Notes: a model not told the origin generated them from the letters alone. A stretch of DNA of 63,946 bases, filler included, from Pseudovirgaria hyperparasitica (GCA_010093815.1; 31 parts of 31 records of this genome joined end to end with filler, not necessarily neighbours in it), one strand, 5' to 3'. Positions 1-11,204 are shown, counted from the first letter of the whole stretch. Numbers and translations: made by a program.

Positions 1-225
1 TGTCTGTAGTCGCACTGATACTCGCTGTGTTCAACATTCAAGCTGTGAGGAGCCTTATGAGTGCCATAGAATTTGCTAATCTCCTAGAAGGGATTAATTC
101 TAGCTAGTGTCTCCTCATTATGTCCTTCCGTCTTTCGGCACTACCTTCATTTCGGAAAGGATCCTATCCCGCACGAAGAAGACGCCTATGAGAGAGCCCG
201 AATTCTTCTCGAAAGCCAAAACTCC

Positions 226-612
226 ATGGCCCCCACTGAATCTCAAAACGATACCATACATAACGCAGCGGTGGGGATTAGCGCAGAATCCTTACGGATA
301 TTGCATTCGCCACCCGATCGCAAGCCCAAAATGATTAATGAGTGCTTCGAGGAGCTTTCTTCAGTTGTAGGCATTCGGTTGAAACATGGCGACGGTAGGT
401 TTAACGCAGTTGACCAAGCCAACTTGTGGGCATCGTGGCAAGAAATGGTTCATGGAAGTACCTTCAAGCCTGAGGATATCCCCCTTCTCCGCACTATATA
501 TCTCCGATGGTTGGGCAAGTCCAGTATATCCCTGTCACAAGATGCTGAACAAGCCCTTCAGAGGGTCAACAAAGATCTACGTGGTGGCAAGCAACAGAGC
601 TTTGAAGCTTGA
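226..612 (+). CDS. Hypothetical protein (128 aa)
   Basis: ATG-to-stop ORF with protein-like composition; no family recognised. Confidence 0.35.
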   Translation: MAPTESQNDTIHNAAVGISAESLRILHSPPDRKPKMINECFEELSSVVGIRLKHGDGRFNAVDQANLWASWQEMVHGSTFKPEDIPLLRTIYLRWLGKSSISLSQDAEQALQRVNKDLRGGKQQSFEA

Positions 613-1396
613 GAGTGCCCTATCTGTCCTTAGTCAAGCATTGCCTCTACCAATCGCGCTATCAATGCATACTTTTGTCCTTCTGCTGAATTCGGTCTCT
701 AGTCTTGTCAACCGTTGTACAATGGGATCCAGAAACAGTTGCGAGACGTACTGTATGTTGCGACAGAGACCATGTAGCGCGAAGATGAAGAATGCTACAG
801 TAGCCAAGAGGGTTATGCTGAAAAGAAATATTAGGATGCCTGCACATAAGATACTCATGATTTCCCATATGCAAGTCCAGCTGAAACCTGGCTTAAGTAT
901 GAACCTAAGATATACCCCTATAGTGTGTAGCCATGGTAGAACTTGCACCATAAACCGTAAACAATAGCCTAGATGTCGACTGATCCTCATCTTAGTGCTG
1001 TTCGCAAAGTATACCAGTATTCAGCGGAACAGGGTATAGGTCGATTGAGAACGTAGCAGACATGACCATCTACAATCGGATACAATCTGAGGTCCTAGAT
1101 TAGAATTGTATGATTAGTCACCCTAAAAGTACAGATTGAGCTTGGAATCTATGCCAAGGGATTGAGATTGCTTGTGTTGAATTGAATCGCTTATACAATA
1201 GTTACCCGATTAGGAAGGAGATAGAGAAACCGAGAGATGAGTATATCCATACATAGTCACTCATATGTGACTTCAAGTCAAAAACCGAGGAAATAGCCAA
1301 AATCCGAGACTTTCCAGTGGAATCACCCTCTGTCGAGTTGAGTCGATTGCCGTATAGAACGGAAAAGTACATTGTTGGCCTCACGACTCAGGCAGA

Positions 1397-3367
1397 CTAT
1401 AAATCAATGAGTCCTTTACCTACCCACGACTTCAAGCAGAGTGCTGGTCGTACTATCGTAGGATGAAGCTTTGCTCGACGAGCAGTAATCATATCTCCAG
1501 CCTCGCTGAAGGCGCGCTCACACTCACAACTTGAGGCTGGGATACTGAGGACGTCTATCGCCAGTCGACTAAGCTGAGGGTAGTCATCTTGACGAGCTAT
1601 CCAGAAGGCTATTGGCGCGTTGGCCCATTTACTATCATGGCCGACAGGAGGCTCACGTCGCCAGCGGATAAGCTCATCCTCAATAACCTCATACTGTTCT
1701 TCCTCGGGTAACTCGGAGTGCTGAGAGATGAAGCTATCAATATCCGTGGTGATAGGGTCGTGATGTACCACTCACGGTGTTGTAGGTGATACCAATGTCT
1801 GTATAGGCTCCTCGCCAGTTGACTGTCTCTTATGCCACTGCCAATATTGCTTGAAGATAGACTCAGCATCTTCGAAGTCATCCCACGCGCTTCGACAGAA
1901 GGTCTTGAGGTTTGGATGAAGGTTTGTAGCAGCGTAATACGCGGGAGACTCATTGAGTGCTATGAAGTATTTATTCATCTTCAGCCAGCCGTTGTTGATA
2001 GCAATAATCATGTGGTCTCCGTCAGCAAGTGTCTCCGTCGTCATCTCATCTTCATTCATCAAATCAGGGACCATATACCGTATTTTGAGTCTCTCGAAGT
2101 GCTCCATGAGGTAGGTAACAATAGGGATGACTTTCCAGATAGCCCCGAACTCACTATTAGGCCTACGTCCCTCTAGGCGACGAGTAGCAACTCGGAGTGG
2201 TAGTAGTAACTCGAGGTATTGTTCTATCACGTCCCAATCATAGTGAGTAAGGCCGCCAACCTGGACAAATAGAGGCTCCTGGCTCCGACTGTCGAGTCTC
2301 TTAGGAGTCTTCATTGGTGGAGCTATAGGAGACTCAATAGACTCATCATCATCAGCCTGAGTCTCAAGATAGCGCCTTGAACGCTTTCTTGAAGTACCAG
2401 GCTGGTAGCCTGATTGGGTGTGTCTGTTTCTCTCACGAGCTGCCTTTACGCGTATAGCTTCCTTACGCTTCATTTCTACCTCCTTAACTCTCTCACGTTG
2501 TATGACTAGGTTGATATAGTATTGAGAAAACTGGTTGAGGGCTTCTCTAAGCTTGATTGCTCGTTCGATCGCGGATATGTGGCTATTCCAGCGTGTCTTC
2601 ACAGGTGTGATGACATCTAGTGGCTTAAAATGAGGGTCTATAAGAGTAAACGTAAGTAATAGAATAAATACTGTAGAGTGACGTACCCGGCGTAGGTAGA
2701 CTATTATTAATGTCTCTCTGAATGTCGTGGAATCGTCGTAGGCGTTCTGGTGTATTAATATGCCAGATGATGGCGAAAAGAGTACGAAGAGGCCCAAATT
2801 TACGCCATTCATCAATCAATATATCCTCATCTTTGGAATCTGGTGCGTCTTCATAGGCGAGCTTATCCTTCCCAAATAGGATACTCTTTGCGACGAGGTT
2901 GATCATGTGACAGAAGCACCGAATACGAAGATTTGGGTGCCAATCGTCCTCATTACTAGCTCCTATCTGGAGTTCCTCACAGATATACTCTATAGCGGTA
3001 TCGTTGTTTGACGCAGAATCGAGGACGAAGTAGCCGAGGTTCTTTGAATTGAGGTTGTATTGATTAAGCGTAGAGAGAGTGAGTTCGGCGTAATTTGAGC
3101 CTGTATGGGCACCTATTATCTCAGGTATATCGAGGAGGAAGTCGTGAAATTCGCCTAATATGGATAGTATATTTGTCAGCATCTTATTCCTCATAGACTC
3201 AACTTCATACTGGACTTATTACTCACCTTCTGCGCCTATAAAATGGACACAATACCCCATAAGTGCGAATCTCTGTTGACGTGTCGTCCAGCCATCAAAG
3301 GAGACATGTATCCTTGATAATGCTCCAGCCATGGCCTCAGTAAGTACACCAATATTGGCTTGATGTG
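1397..3367 (-). mobile_element. hAT-superfamily transposase (Restless/Tfo1-like), 5' end cut by contig edge, two introns, one in-frame stop
   Basis: Motifs in order: IHVSFDGWT (first catalytic D), VLDSASNND, RIRCFCHMINL, KTRWNS, then the hAT dimerisation domain (FW..YPQLSRLAIDVLSIPASSCECERAFS..LKSW). GT-AG introns at 3226-3155 and 2686-2638; the second joins ...PTP/D/PHFKPL in frame. A TGA at 1774-1772 interrupts an otherwise continuous frame. Confidence 0.9.
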
Positions 3368-3467
3368 NNNNNNNNNNNNNNNNNNNNNNNNNNNNNNNNN
3401 NNNNNNNNNNNTTAATTAATTAANNNNNNNNNNNNNNNNNNNNNNNNNNNNNNNNNNNNNNNNNNNN
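3368..3467. other. Artificial scaffolding spacer N44-TTAATTAATTAA-N44 (first of 30; last at 62844-62943)
   Basis: Identical 100-bp spacer with a six-frame-stop linker between contigs of decreasing length. Confidence 0.98.
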
Positions 3468-3562
3468 TAACCCTAACCCTAACCCTAACCCTAACCCTAA
3501 CCCTAACCCTAACCCTAACCCTAACCCTAACCCTAACCCTAACCCTAACCCTAACCCTAACC
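3468..3562 (+). repeat. Telomeric repeat (TAACCC)n, about 16 units, chromosome end
   Basis: Perfect hexamer array at the contig start; TTAGGG is the usual filamentous-ascomycete telomere repeat. Confidence 0.97.
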
Positions 3563-6306
3563 TCCAAGGCACCTTCGCAGAGGGAACCTACACCGAACGT
3601 ATCAACACAATCGAGAAGGAGGTCACAAAGGACATTGCGGCGGACGGACAAGTCCTCCCAAAAGGAGACGGGTCTTTCGCGTCTGGCACATTGCCTATAT
3701 GGCTGGTCGCAGACCAAAAAGCCTTCAAAACCAATGGCACTCGGTACCCTGCCCGGGCCGTTGCACTGGCTTTTGCCCTGGTATCACGAGAAACAGCCAA
3801 GCGCTTCAAAGCCTTGACTCTTGCCCACGACAAGGATGGAGATGTGAACATGGATGACTCGCAAGAGAAGTCTGATATCATCAAGTCCCTCGTCATCCAA
3901 GAGATGCGAAAACAAGGTTTCATGGGAAAACAGCAAGGTCAGCTGCGTGCTCTTCTAGACACGTTCTCACCTCACGCTAACGGATCACCCAGGAAAAAAT
4001 TCGCCTCGGACTCAGTCCAAAGCGTCCCCACCCAAGAGAAAAGCCGCGAAACGAACATCAGGTCCTGCAAAGGGCTCGAAGGTCAACAAGTCTCGCGGAA
4101 AAGGAAAAGGGAATGGGAAGAAGAAGTCTCAAAAGAAGTAGACAGATTAGACTCTATTTTTCAAACAAGTCTAGCGGGTCGTGGTCGGGCGGGCCGGGGA
4201 TCGCAGGCAGAGCCAAGGGCTACGCTTCGAAACCTGCGTGCATCGCCAACCCCGAGTGGATCGCGAGTAGAGCAAAGGGATGCGCGACGAAGCTCGCGTG
4301 TACCTCCAACTACTTTGCCTTCCCGACTCCCCTCCTTTGTATCTGTCCATCCTCGTTCTCTGCTGCGTTCAATCACAGACGACGGTGTACACTTCATTGA
4401 GAAACATTCGGATCTCTTTCTTTCTGTATCAGACATAGCTAGAAAAAGAATAATTACACTCTACACTCCCGCGTACCTGCTGGATGAAGCCCATGACTTC
4501 GCCAGCGGCGTGTTCCTAGGGCCGGGTGTGACTGTCCCCAGACATGTCGAGCATGCAATCGCGCTTAACGCGAAGTTCATTCTCCATCATAAACCGAATT
4601 TCTTGAAGTTGCCTGAAGCCTGGAAACAGCTTCAACGAAGTGTCCGCATTCGCTGGCACTTCCGCAACTCAGACAAACCGTCGAACAAGTTCTACGTCCC
4701 CAAACCGACGTGGGAACCACCTGCAGACCAATGGGATCCGATCATTGAAAAAGGGCTCGAAAGAGGCAAGGACTTACTGCTCCAACAAGCAGAAGCCCTA
4801 ACCCTCTCAGACACCCGAAGGCCTAATCCAGACCTAAAAATGATCGGCGAGTTCCTCACAGATGGAAAGTTCCTGGTCAAACTCACAGACAAAAATCTGG
4901 GACTTGCAATGATTCAGAAAACTTGGTATGTCGAGCACTGCAAACGCATGCTACTTAATAAAGATGTCTACAATGAGATCTGCAAGGAAGACATAGACTA
5001 CTATCGCACGGAAGTTCTGAAAAGAATCAGACACCTCATCGACCTTGGTATTGCGGAAGGTTCAACCGCTGAATACCTACTCTCGTCAGAAAATGACAAA
5101 GGCGTCCCAGTCTTCCATGCTATCCCCAAGGTACATAAGAAGAACTGGACATTACGCCCGATCATTCCCAGTCACTCATGGGTCACGAGAAGATGTTCAG
5201 AGGTCTCTGATCATATTCTCCGCATGGCACTCACACGAACGGCTCCTTGGGTCGTTGAATCGACCAAAGAGCTGATTGCCAAGCTAGAGACAAAGTCAAT
5301 TCTGAGATCGGACAATGTGTGGCTCTGCACCGGTGACGTGGAGAGCTTCTACACCAATGTCCCGCTCCAGGAAACTGTACAAATTATCCGTGACATGCAG
5401 TTCCCTGAAATGATTGACGGTATCAACGCTCGACGCATCCATCAACTGTTGGAAATTGTCATGAGCGTTAACTGCTTCGAGTTCGATGGCAAGTTCTACC
5501 AGCAAACCTCAGGTGTCGCCATGGGTACTTCGTGCGCCCCGTCATTCGCAAACCTGAGTCTTGCCTCAAAAGAATCTCCATATCTCCGTGCATCAAACGA
5601 AGAAGGCTTGCTCTTCTTTGCGCGATACATGGACGATGTTTTTGTCATCTTCAAAGGCCCGAAGACAGCCTGTGAGATGTGGCTCAATGGACTGAGCCAG
5701 AGCGTGAAACCTTATCACACCTCATGGGAAATTAATTCATCTCGTATACCGACCGCGTTCTTAGACGCGGAGTTCTTCTTTGAACAAGGTTTCGGAGCAC
5801 TGGGGTTACAAACACGTGCTTTTCGGAAACGAATGAATAAACATCACTATATTCCCTGGTCGTCTGCTCACCCCCTTACGGTGAAACGTGCTTTCGTTAA
5901 AGCAGAAATGACTCGCTTCATGGTTCTCTCGTCTTCAAGGCGGCTGTTCGAGGAACGGCTTCAAGAGTTCCATCAAGCATTGCGACGGCGTGGATACCCG
6001 TCGGACAGGCTTCAGTTGTGGAAAGGATTGGTACGATATGACGACCGACGGGCTGTCCTCTTCAAGCATAAGACACCCGCCGCAGGTCTACCACTCATGC
6101 TACCATCTTCATACGACGAATACTAGGAATACATTGATGTCCAGGCTGTGCTTTCAAAGATGATGGAACAATGGAACCGACACGAGGAACCCATTCCCGA
6201 GTCGCTCAAAGGTCCACTCATCAAATCACTGAAACGCACAGAGAATATGTTTAACAAATTCTCTGCGTGGAACAAAGCAGTTCTGAAGGAGGGAACCGAC
6301 GAGTAG
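3563..6306 (+). CDS. Penelope-like ORF1-RT reading frame (no start codon; premature TAG at 6124-6126, frame continues to TAG 6304-6306)
   Basis: Frame is open from the telomere junction. PLE RT motifs: LTDKNLGL, FHAIPKVHK..LRPII, TGDVESFYTNVP, YQQTSGVAMGTSCAPSFANL, RYMDDVF, FLD, YIPWSSAHP, RGYP. A further 59 codons follow the internal stop (EYIDV...SLKRTENMFNKFSAWNK...TDE*). Confidence 0.9.
3938..3992 (+). other. Predicted 55-nt spliceosomal intron in the PLE
   Basis: CAAG|GTCAGC donor, GCTAAC branch site, CAG acceptor. Removal shifts the frame to a K/R/G-rich tail ending at TAG 4139-4141. Confidence 0.7.
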
Positions 6307-6871
6307 TGTGAGCTGTGGCTGCCGCGAAACTCGGGGACCTCCCTCACGAATCTCCACCCTGGAACAGGTCTCGGTTAGGAGTGGTGGCACGACATGCCGA
6401 CCAGATAGGATCAAGCTTACTACCCCACCCTATCTCCTAACCCTAACCCTGAATCGCGAGCGTTTATTCGCTCATAAAAAAGGATCACTTGTGCGCGGTC
6501 ATACGTTGTGGTGCGGCTTCGGCCCTTTGGCGCCCAGGACGCAGCCCAGCCATCGGCGTCGGTGCTGTTTAAACACCGCTGCCCGAGGCATGCGCGCGTC
6601 GCGCTGTAGTAGCGCTCGGTGTTTGGGCGTGCCGATACCGGTGGGTGGGCCCTGGTGCGTTACCGCACGGCCCGTGGCGTGTGCTTTGCGCGCAAGCCTG
6701 CATCCTTGGACGGAAAAATGTGACATGCCAGCATTCACAGCGATTCTCGGCCAGAATGTGACCAGGTGACTNNNNNNNNNNNNNNNNNNNNNNNNNNNNN
6801 NNNNNNNNNNNNNNNTTAATTAATTAANNNNNNNNNNNNNNNNNNNNNNNNNNNNNNNNNNNNNNNNNNNN

Positions 6872-9800
6872 ATAGGGAAAAACTTCCTTATATCTATAAC
6901 TATATCTCGTTAAACCTCTATTTCGTCTTAAGTATATAGCTATAGGGTACGCCTATTAGTCTATAGCCTATATTACCGTTATTTTACCCTTAGGTAGTAC
7001 GTATAGATACGGAGGTTATTAGTTAAGGGCTACCCTCAACTAATAATCGGGGTTCTCCCAGGGTTCTTCCAGTATATATCGGGTTACTACCAGCGTATAC
7101 CGGGTCTCTTCCGGTATATATTTCTAGGTACACTAGTACTAGAGGAGTAGTAGATATATAAGTATCTATCAGGAGACGTTCTTAGGGTACTTATTAAGCT
7201 ATTATACAATATCTAAAGTCTTTATAACATAGATAAGCTATTACTATTATATATAGAGGTTAGGGTATATAGCTAGATAGTGGCGTATTATACCTCTCTA
7301 GCCGCACGCCTTATACTATAGCGAGGTATTAGGAACACCTCTCTTATAGATATAGTATAGGAGTCCTATAGCGCCCGTTCGGGCTTAGATAAGTATAGAT
7401 ACTTAGGCTTTCATTAGCCCTTTATATATCTATTTACTTAGTTCCTTCTATAGCCCTCGAATCTACTCTAGGTATCTATTCTACTAGAAGGTCTAGTAGG
7501 CACGGAGTACCTCTTTCTACTTATTTTAAGTCCACGACCGTATATTTTTTACGAGTTCTTAAAGGCTCTACTAGTCTAGGAGAGCGTCTAGGTTATCTCG
7601 GACTTCTTATACTACTTAGCTAGAGTCGGCTTCTATTAAGTACCTATACCGTATTCGATTCCAGCCTATATATAGAAGTATACAGTAATATATACTAATT
7701 CATACACGTAGCGCGGCGAAAGTATATTCTACATTTTCTATACATTCCTATACTTATTATTTAGTAAAGTATACTACCCTCTATATCTAGTAGAAGTTAT
7801 ATATACTTATAACGTCTATCTCGCGTCGTAGTAGTACCGTATTAGTAGCTTTATATACACCTAATATAAGACGGAGTATACGGTTCTATATAGATTCGAG
7901 CTTTATTTACCTAGTCTATATAAGGGCCGTATACTAGTACTCGTGTCCGTACGTAAAGGCGGGTCGTACTATAGATATATATAGCTAGCGTGCCTTATCC
8001 CGGGCGGTTCCCTATATAGAGGCTATAATCTATTATATAGTAGCTTCTACCCGGAGGGCCCTAGAGACGGCGTATACTACTTATAGTCCCTATTTAAGCT
8101 TACTATCTAGTATAACTCCAAGCGCGCATATACTTTATACTAGTAGTTCGTTAAATGCGTCGATTCAGGGGCGTCATTCGCCTTCCCTAGTTATCTATTT
8201 CCCTTAATAATTAATAAAGTATATAAGCTAGTATTTCTCTAGGGCGAACTTTACTCCATAGCGTTTTACCTACTAGAGACACCTCTTATAGTTCTATTCT
8301 AGTCGTCTATATATTCGGTTAGTATTATTATTAATAGCTAGAAGGTATATATTATCGGCGTATCCGACTACCTCTATATACTTTATTCCTTAAAGAAGGT
8401 CTACTATAAAGAAGAGGAATAGAATCGGAGAGATAGTGCTCCCTTATAGGATGCCGCATACCATCTCTTTATATTCACTCTAGTACCTAGAGATATATAT
8501 CTAAGTTATTCTTCCTATAAGGAATAACTATATAAAGCGTATAATCCATTCTAGTATTCATCTTATCCAGAGGTTATAAATAAGTCTTATATAGTTTACC
8601 TTATTAAACGCTCCGGCCATATCGAGGGAGAGGAGCGATACTACCCGTCCCTATTTCTATACGGCCTAGACGACTTTAATAATATATTAGATAGCTATTA
8701 TTAGGGAGCTATCTACCTTTACCTTCTAGTTCAGAGGGAGGAGATTATATTCCTATACCGCGGTACTTATCTTCTTCGCTATCATAGCCTCTAGTATCTT
8801 ACCTAGGTAGGAGAGAAGGGCGATTAGTCTCTATTCCTTTAGGGAGTTAGGGCTCTTTCCTAGTTTTGGGAGTATAATAGTATAGGCGACTTAGAAGCTC
8901 TAGAGGTGGTACCCCTACGTAACGTATACTTAGAATATATAAGTAATAAGCGGTAGGGTTGCTTTTATAGTACTTTTTAGACATTAATTTAGAATTCTAT
9001 CTAGTCCGGGTGCTTTATTATTTAGGAGTATCTTAATAATATTAAGTATATCCTCCTCTATAACTTCTTCGGGGATATCTACCGTATATAGATATTCGGC
9101 GCCGTGAACGTCTAATAGATCTACTAGTTCCGGGAGAGGGAATATGGCCTCCTATAGGGCCTTAGTTTTCTTAAGGCCTATAGAGTATATTCTCCCCTAA
9201 TATATTAGGGGAGGTATAAGTAGCGGGGGTGTCGGAGTATCTACGCCCTTAGCCCATTTCGCCATGCGCTATAGCTCTATTATATATCGTGTCTATTAAC
9301 TAGTAATTATATACTACTATTTACGCCTTTTATTACGGAGGACTTTATCGCGTTATTATATTACTTCCTTCTATTCTTTCTATGACTCGGGTGTTCTCGT
9401 ACGGTATACGCGTCTATATAGCCTTTAGGCGTCTTATCTACTTTCCCGTACTTAAGGAATCCCCTTTACTTCTAGGGGCCGGTATATTCGGTATAGTACG
9501 TGTTTATTTCTTATATTCTAGTATATTTATAGGAGTATCTATACGGCCTAGTCTATAGCTAGGTTATTAGATATATTAACTATAGAGGGATCTAGAATCG
9601 CCGATTCTAGGTCCTTTAGGTACTTTTCCTAGTTAGTATCCTTCTATATCTATTGTCCCTATTATTTATTCGGGGTATATACGTTTATTACGGTTTCTAT
9701 ATATTCATGGTTAGAATCCGTCTATACCTAGCCTAGGCGGTAGTATTAGATCTAGTAACTAATATACTCCGTGGCGAAGGTAAGGTTAAGCGTGAACCCG

Positions 9801-10109
9801 TCTTCGTTCTATTTATATTTTTTCTATATAACTTATTCTATAGGTATAAGTAGATATAGAAAGTCGTGGTAGCGGGTACGTAGTTCCCTTACTCTAAGTT
9901 CTTCCCTAACTACGGCTAGGTCTCTCTACTATTAGTAGTAGAGGTTAAAGTCTCCTAGGAGGATATATTACTCTAGTTCCGTAGTACCCTTAAGTATCTC
10001 GTCTAGTATAAGTATACGTTATTAGTTATATATATTATATATATATAGGGGGCCTATATCTATTTATAGGTATAGTATTATCCTAAGGTTATCGCGCTCG
10101 GTATACGAC
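6872..10109 (-). mobile_element. RIP-degraded Tad1-like LINE (EN-RT-3'UTR)
   Basis: Extreme TpA excess. Minus-strand relics DMAGAFNKV, GIL*GSTISPIL, VGYADN (from YADD). Related copies elsewhere in the window. Confidence 0.88.
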
Positions 10110-11204
10110 NNNNNNNNNNNNNNNNNNNNNNNNNNNNNNNNNNNNNNNNNNNNTTAATTAATTAANNNNNNNNNNNNNNNNNNNNNNNNNNNNNNNNNNN
10201 NNNNNNNNNGGCAGGCCTCGAACGACCTGCACGCAGGAGCTGTTCCGCGGTTGCGCGAGGGCACTGCAGCCCCGGCACGCGCCCACATCACATACCTGAT
10301 AAATGATCTCCTATTCTGACTCGTCATAGCTTTCACGGTATACATACTAGCCACTCGACACGCCGGGACCCTCAAAGGAAACAAGGTCGGCAGGCAGCCG
10401 CGAATGTGGGGACTTGGTCCCTGCTCGCATTGGGACAGAAACAGTTAGATGTAATTACTTACTCAGTACTGTAACGAAGTCACATTTCGGTTCCCTTGTT
10501 CGTGATACAAAGTACCGCCCTGGGTGGAGCTGCTCTTGGCAACAACTTGCTGCCAAGAGCGGCTTTAGCCCGGGCTAGCATATCGCACTACACCATATAT
10601 AGCTTAGATAATCCTTTTCGACCCACATGTTAGTTGGAGGGAGCATGACCGCGCCTCAGAAGCAGAACATGTATGAATACTACAGCGACAAGTTTCTACT
10701 GCCTTCGTGCTATCTGTATACATAGCAATCGGGCCCAGGAATTTGGGAAGGAGGGTAAGGTTCCGGGACCCTCCTCGAGCGGGAGGACTTGCTTTTGATC
10801 TCGTATATGACCAAATCAGATCAATAGCCTGTCCGTGCCGCGTTGTCGCACACCGGCGGGCAATAATATGCTGCGTGCGCCCTGTGAGGAAGTCTATCAG
10901 GGGTCAAGACCAATGTACCGGCGTTACAGATCGAACCATTCTGGAAATTTGAATAGGAGGTCGACATTGGAGTACAAGCGCTAAGCAATCACAGTGTGAT
11001 TGCGCAGAAGTGGGAGTCGGAACGAGACCTGGGGTCCCATTCTAAGCTCTCATGTTAGGTGTTTCATATCGTGTGTTTGATATCTTATGTAATAGTGAAG
11101 GATACTCACGCATGGATTGTGCCAAAAATATTCGTTACCTTTAGACGTTTCTAAGCATCCCTCATCTACTCGTCAAAATCACTAGCAAGACTTCACAACA
11201 CGAT

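Larger units (their letters stand above)
3563..6450 (+). mobile_element. Telomere-associated, endonuclease-deficient Penelope-like retroelement (Coprina/Athena type), 5'-truncated
   Basis: PLE-type RT with no GIY-YIG domain; 5' end capped by (TAACCC)n; 3' end terminates in CCTAACCCTAACCCT (6436-6450). Confidence 0.88.

Noticed and set aside
3412..3717. ORF with a VRVRVR run, and all ORFs containing X runs or ending LIN/N
   Set aside because: These are translations of the telomere repeat or of the N/TTAATTAATTAA spacers.
3691..6126. TERT, group II intron or retron identity for the RT
   Set aside because: No TERT T/CP motifs or TEN domain are apparent, and the DK, PK.HK/RPI, G.AMG and S.HP motifs are PLE-type.
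6289..6345. Hammerhead ribozyme in the PLE 3' region (GAGGGA..CCGACGA..GAAA..TCCCTC)
   Set aside because: PLEs often carry hammerheads and a 6-bp stem I is possible, but the core is CCGACGA rather than CTGANGA, stem II is poor and there is no UH cleavage site. An Infernal or RNAMotif scan would settle it.
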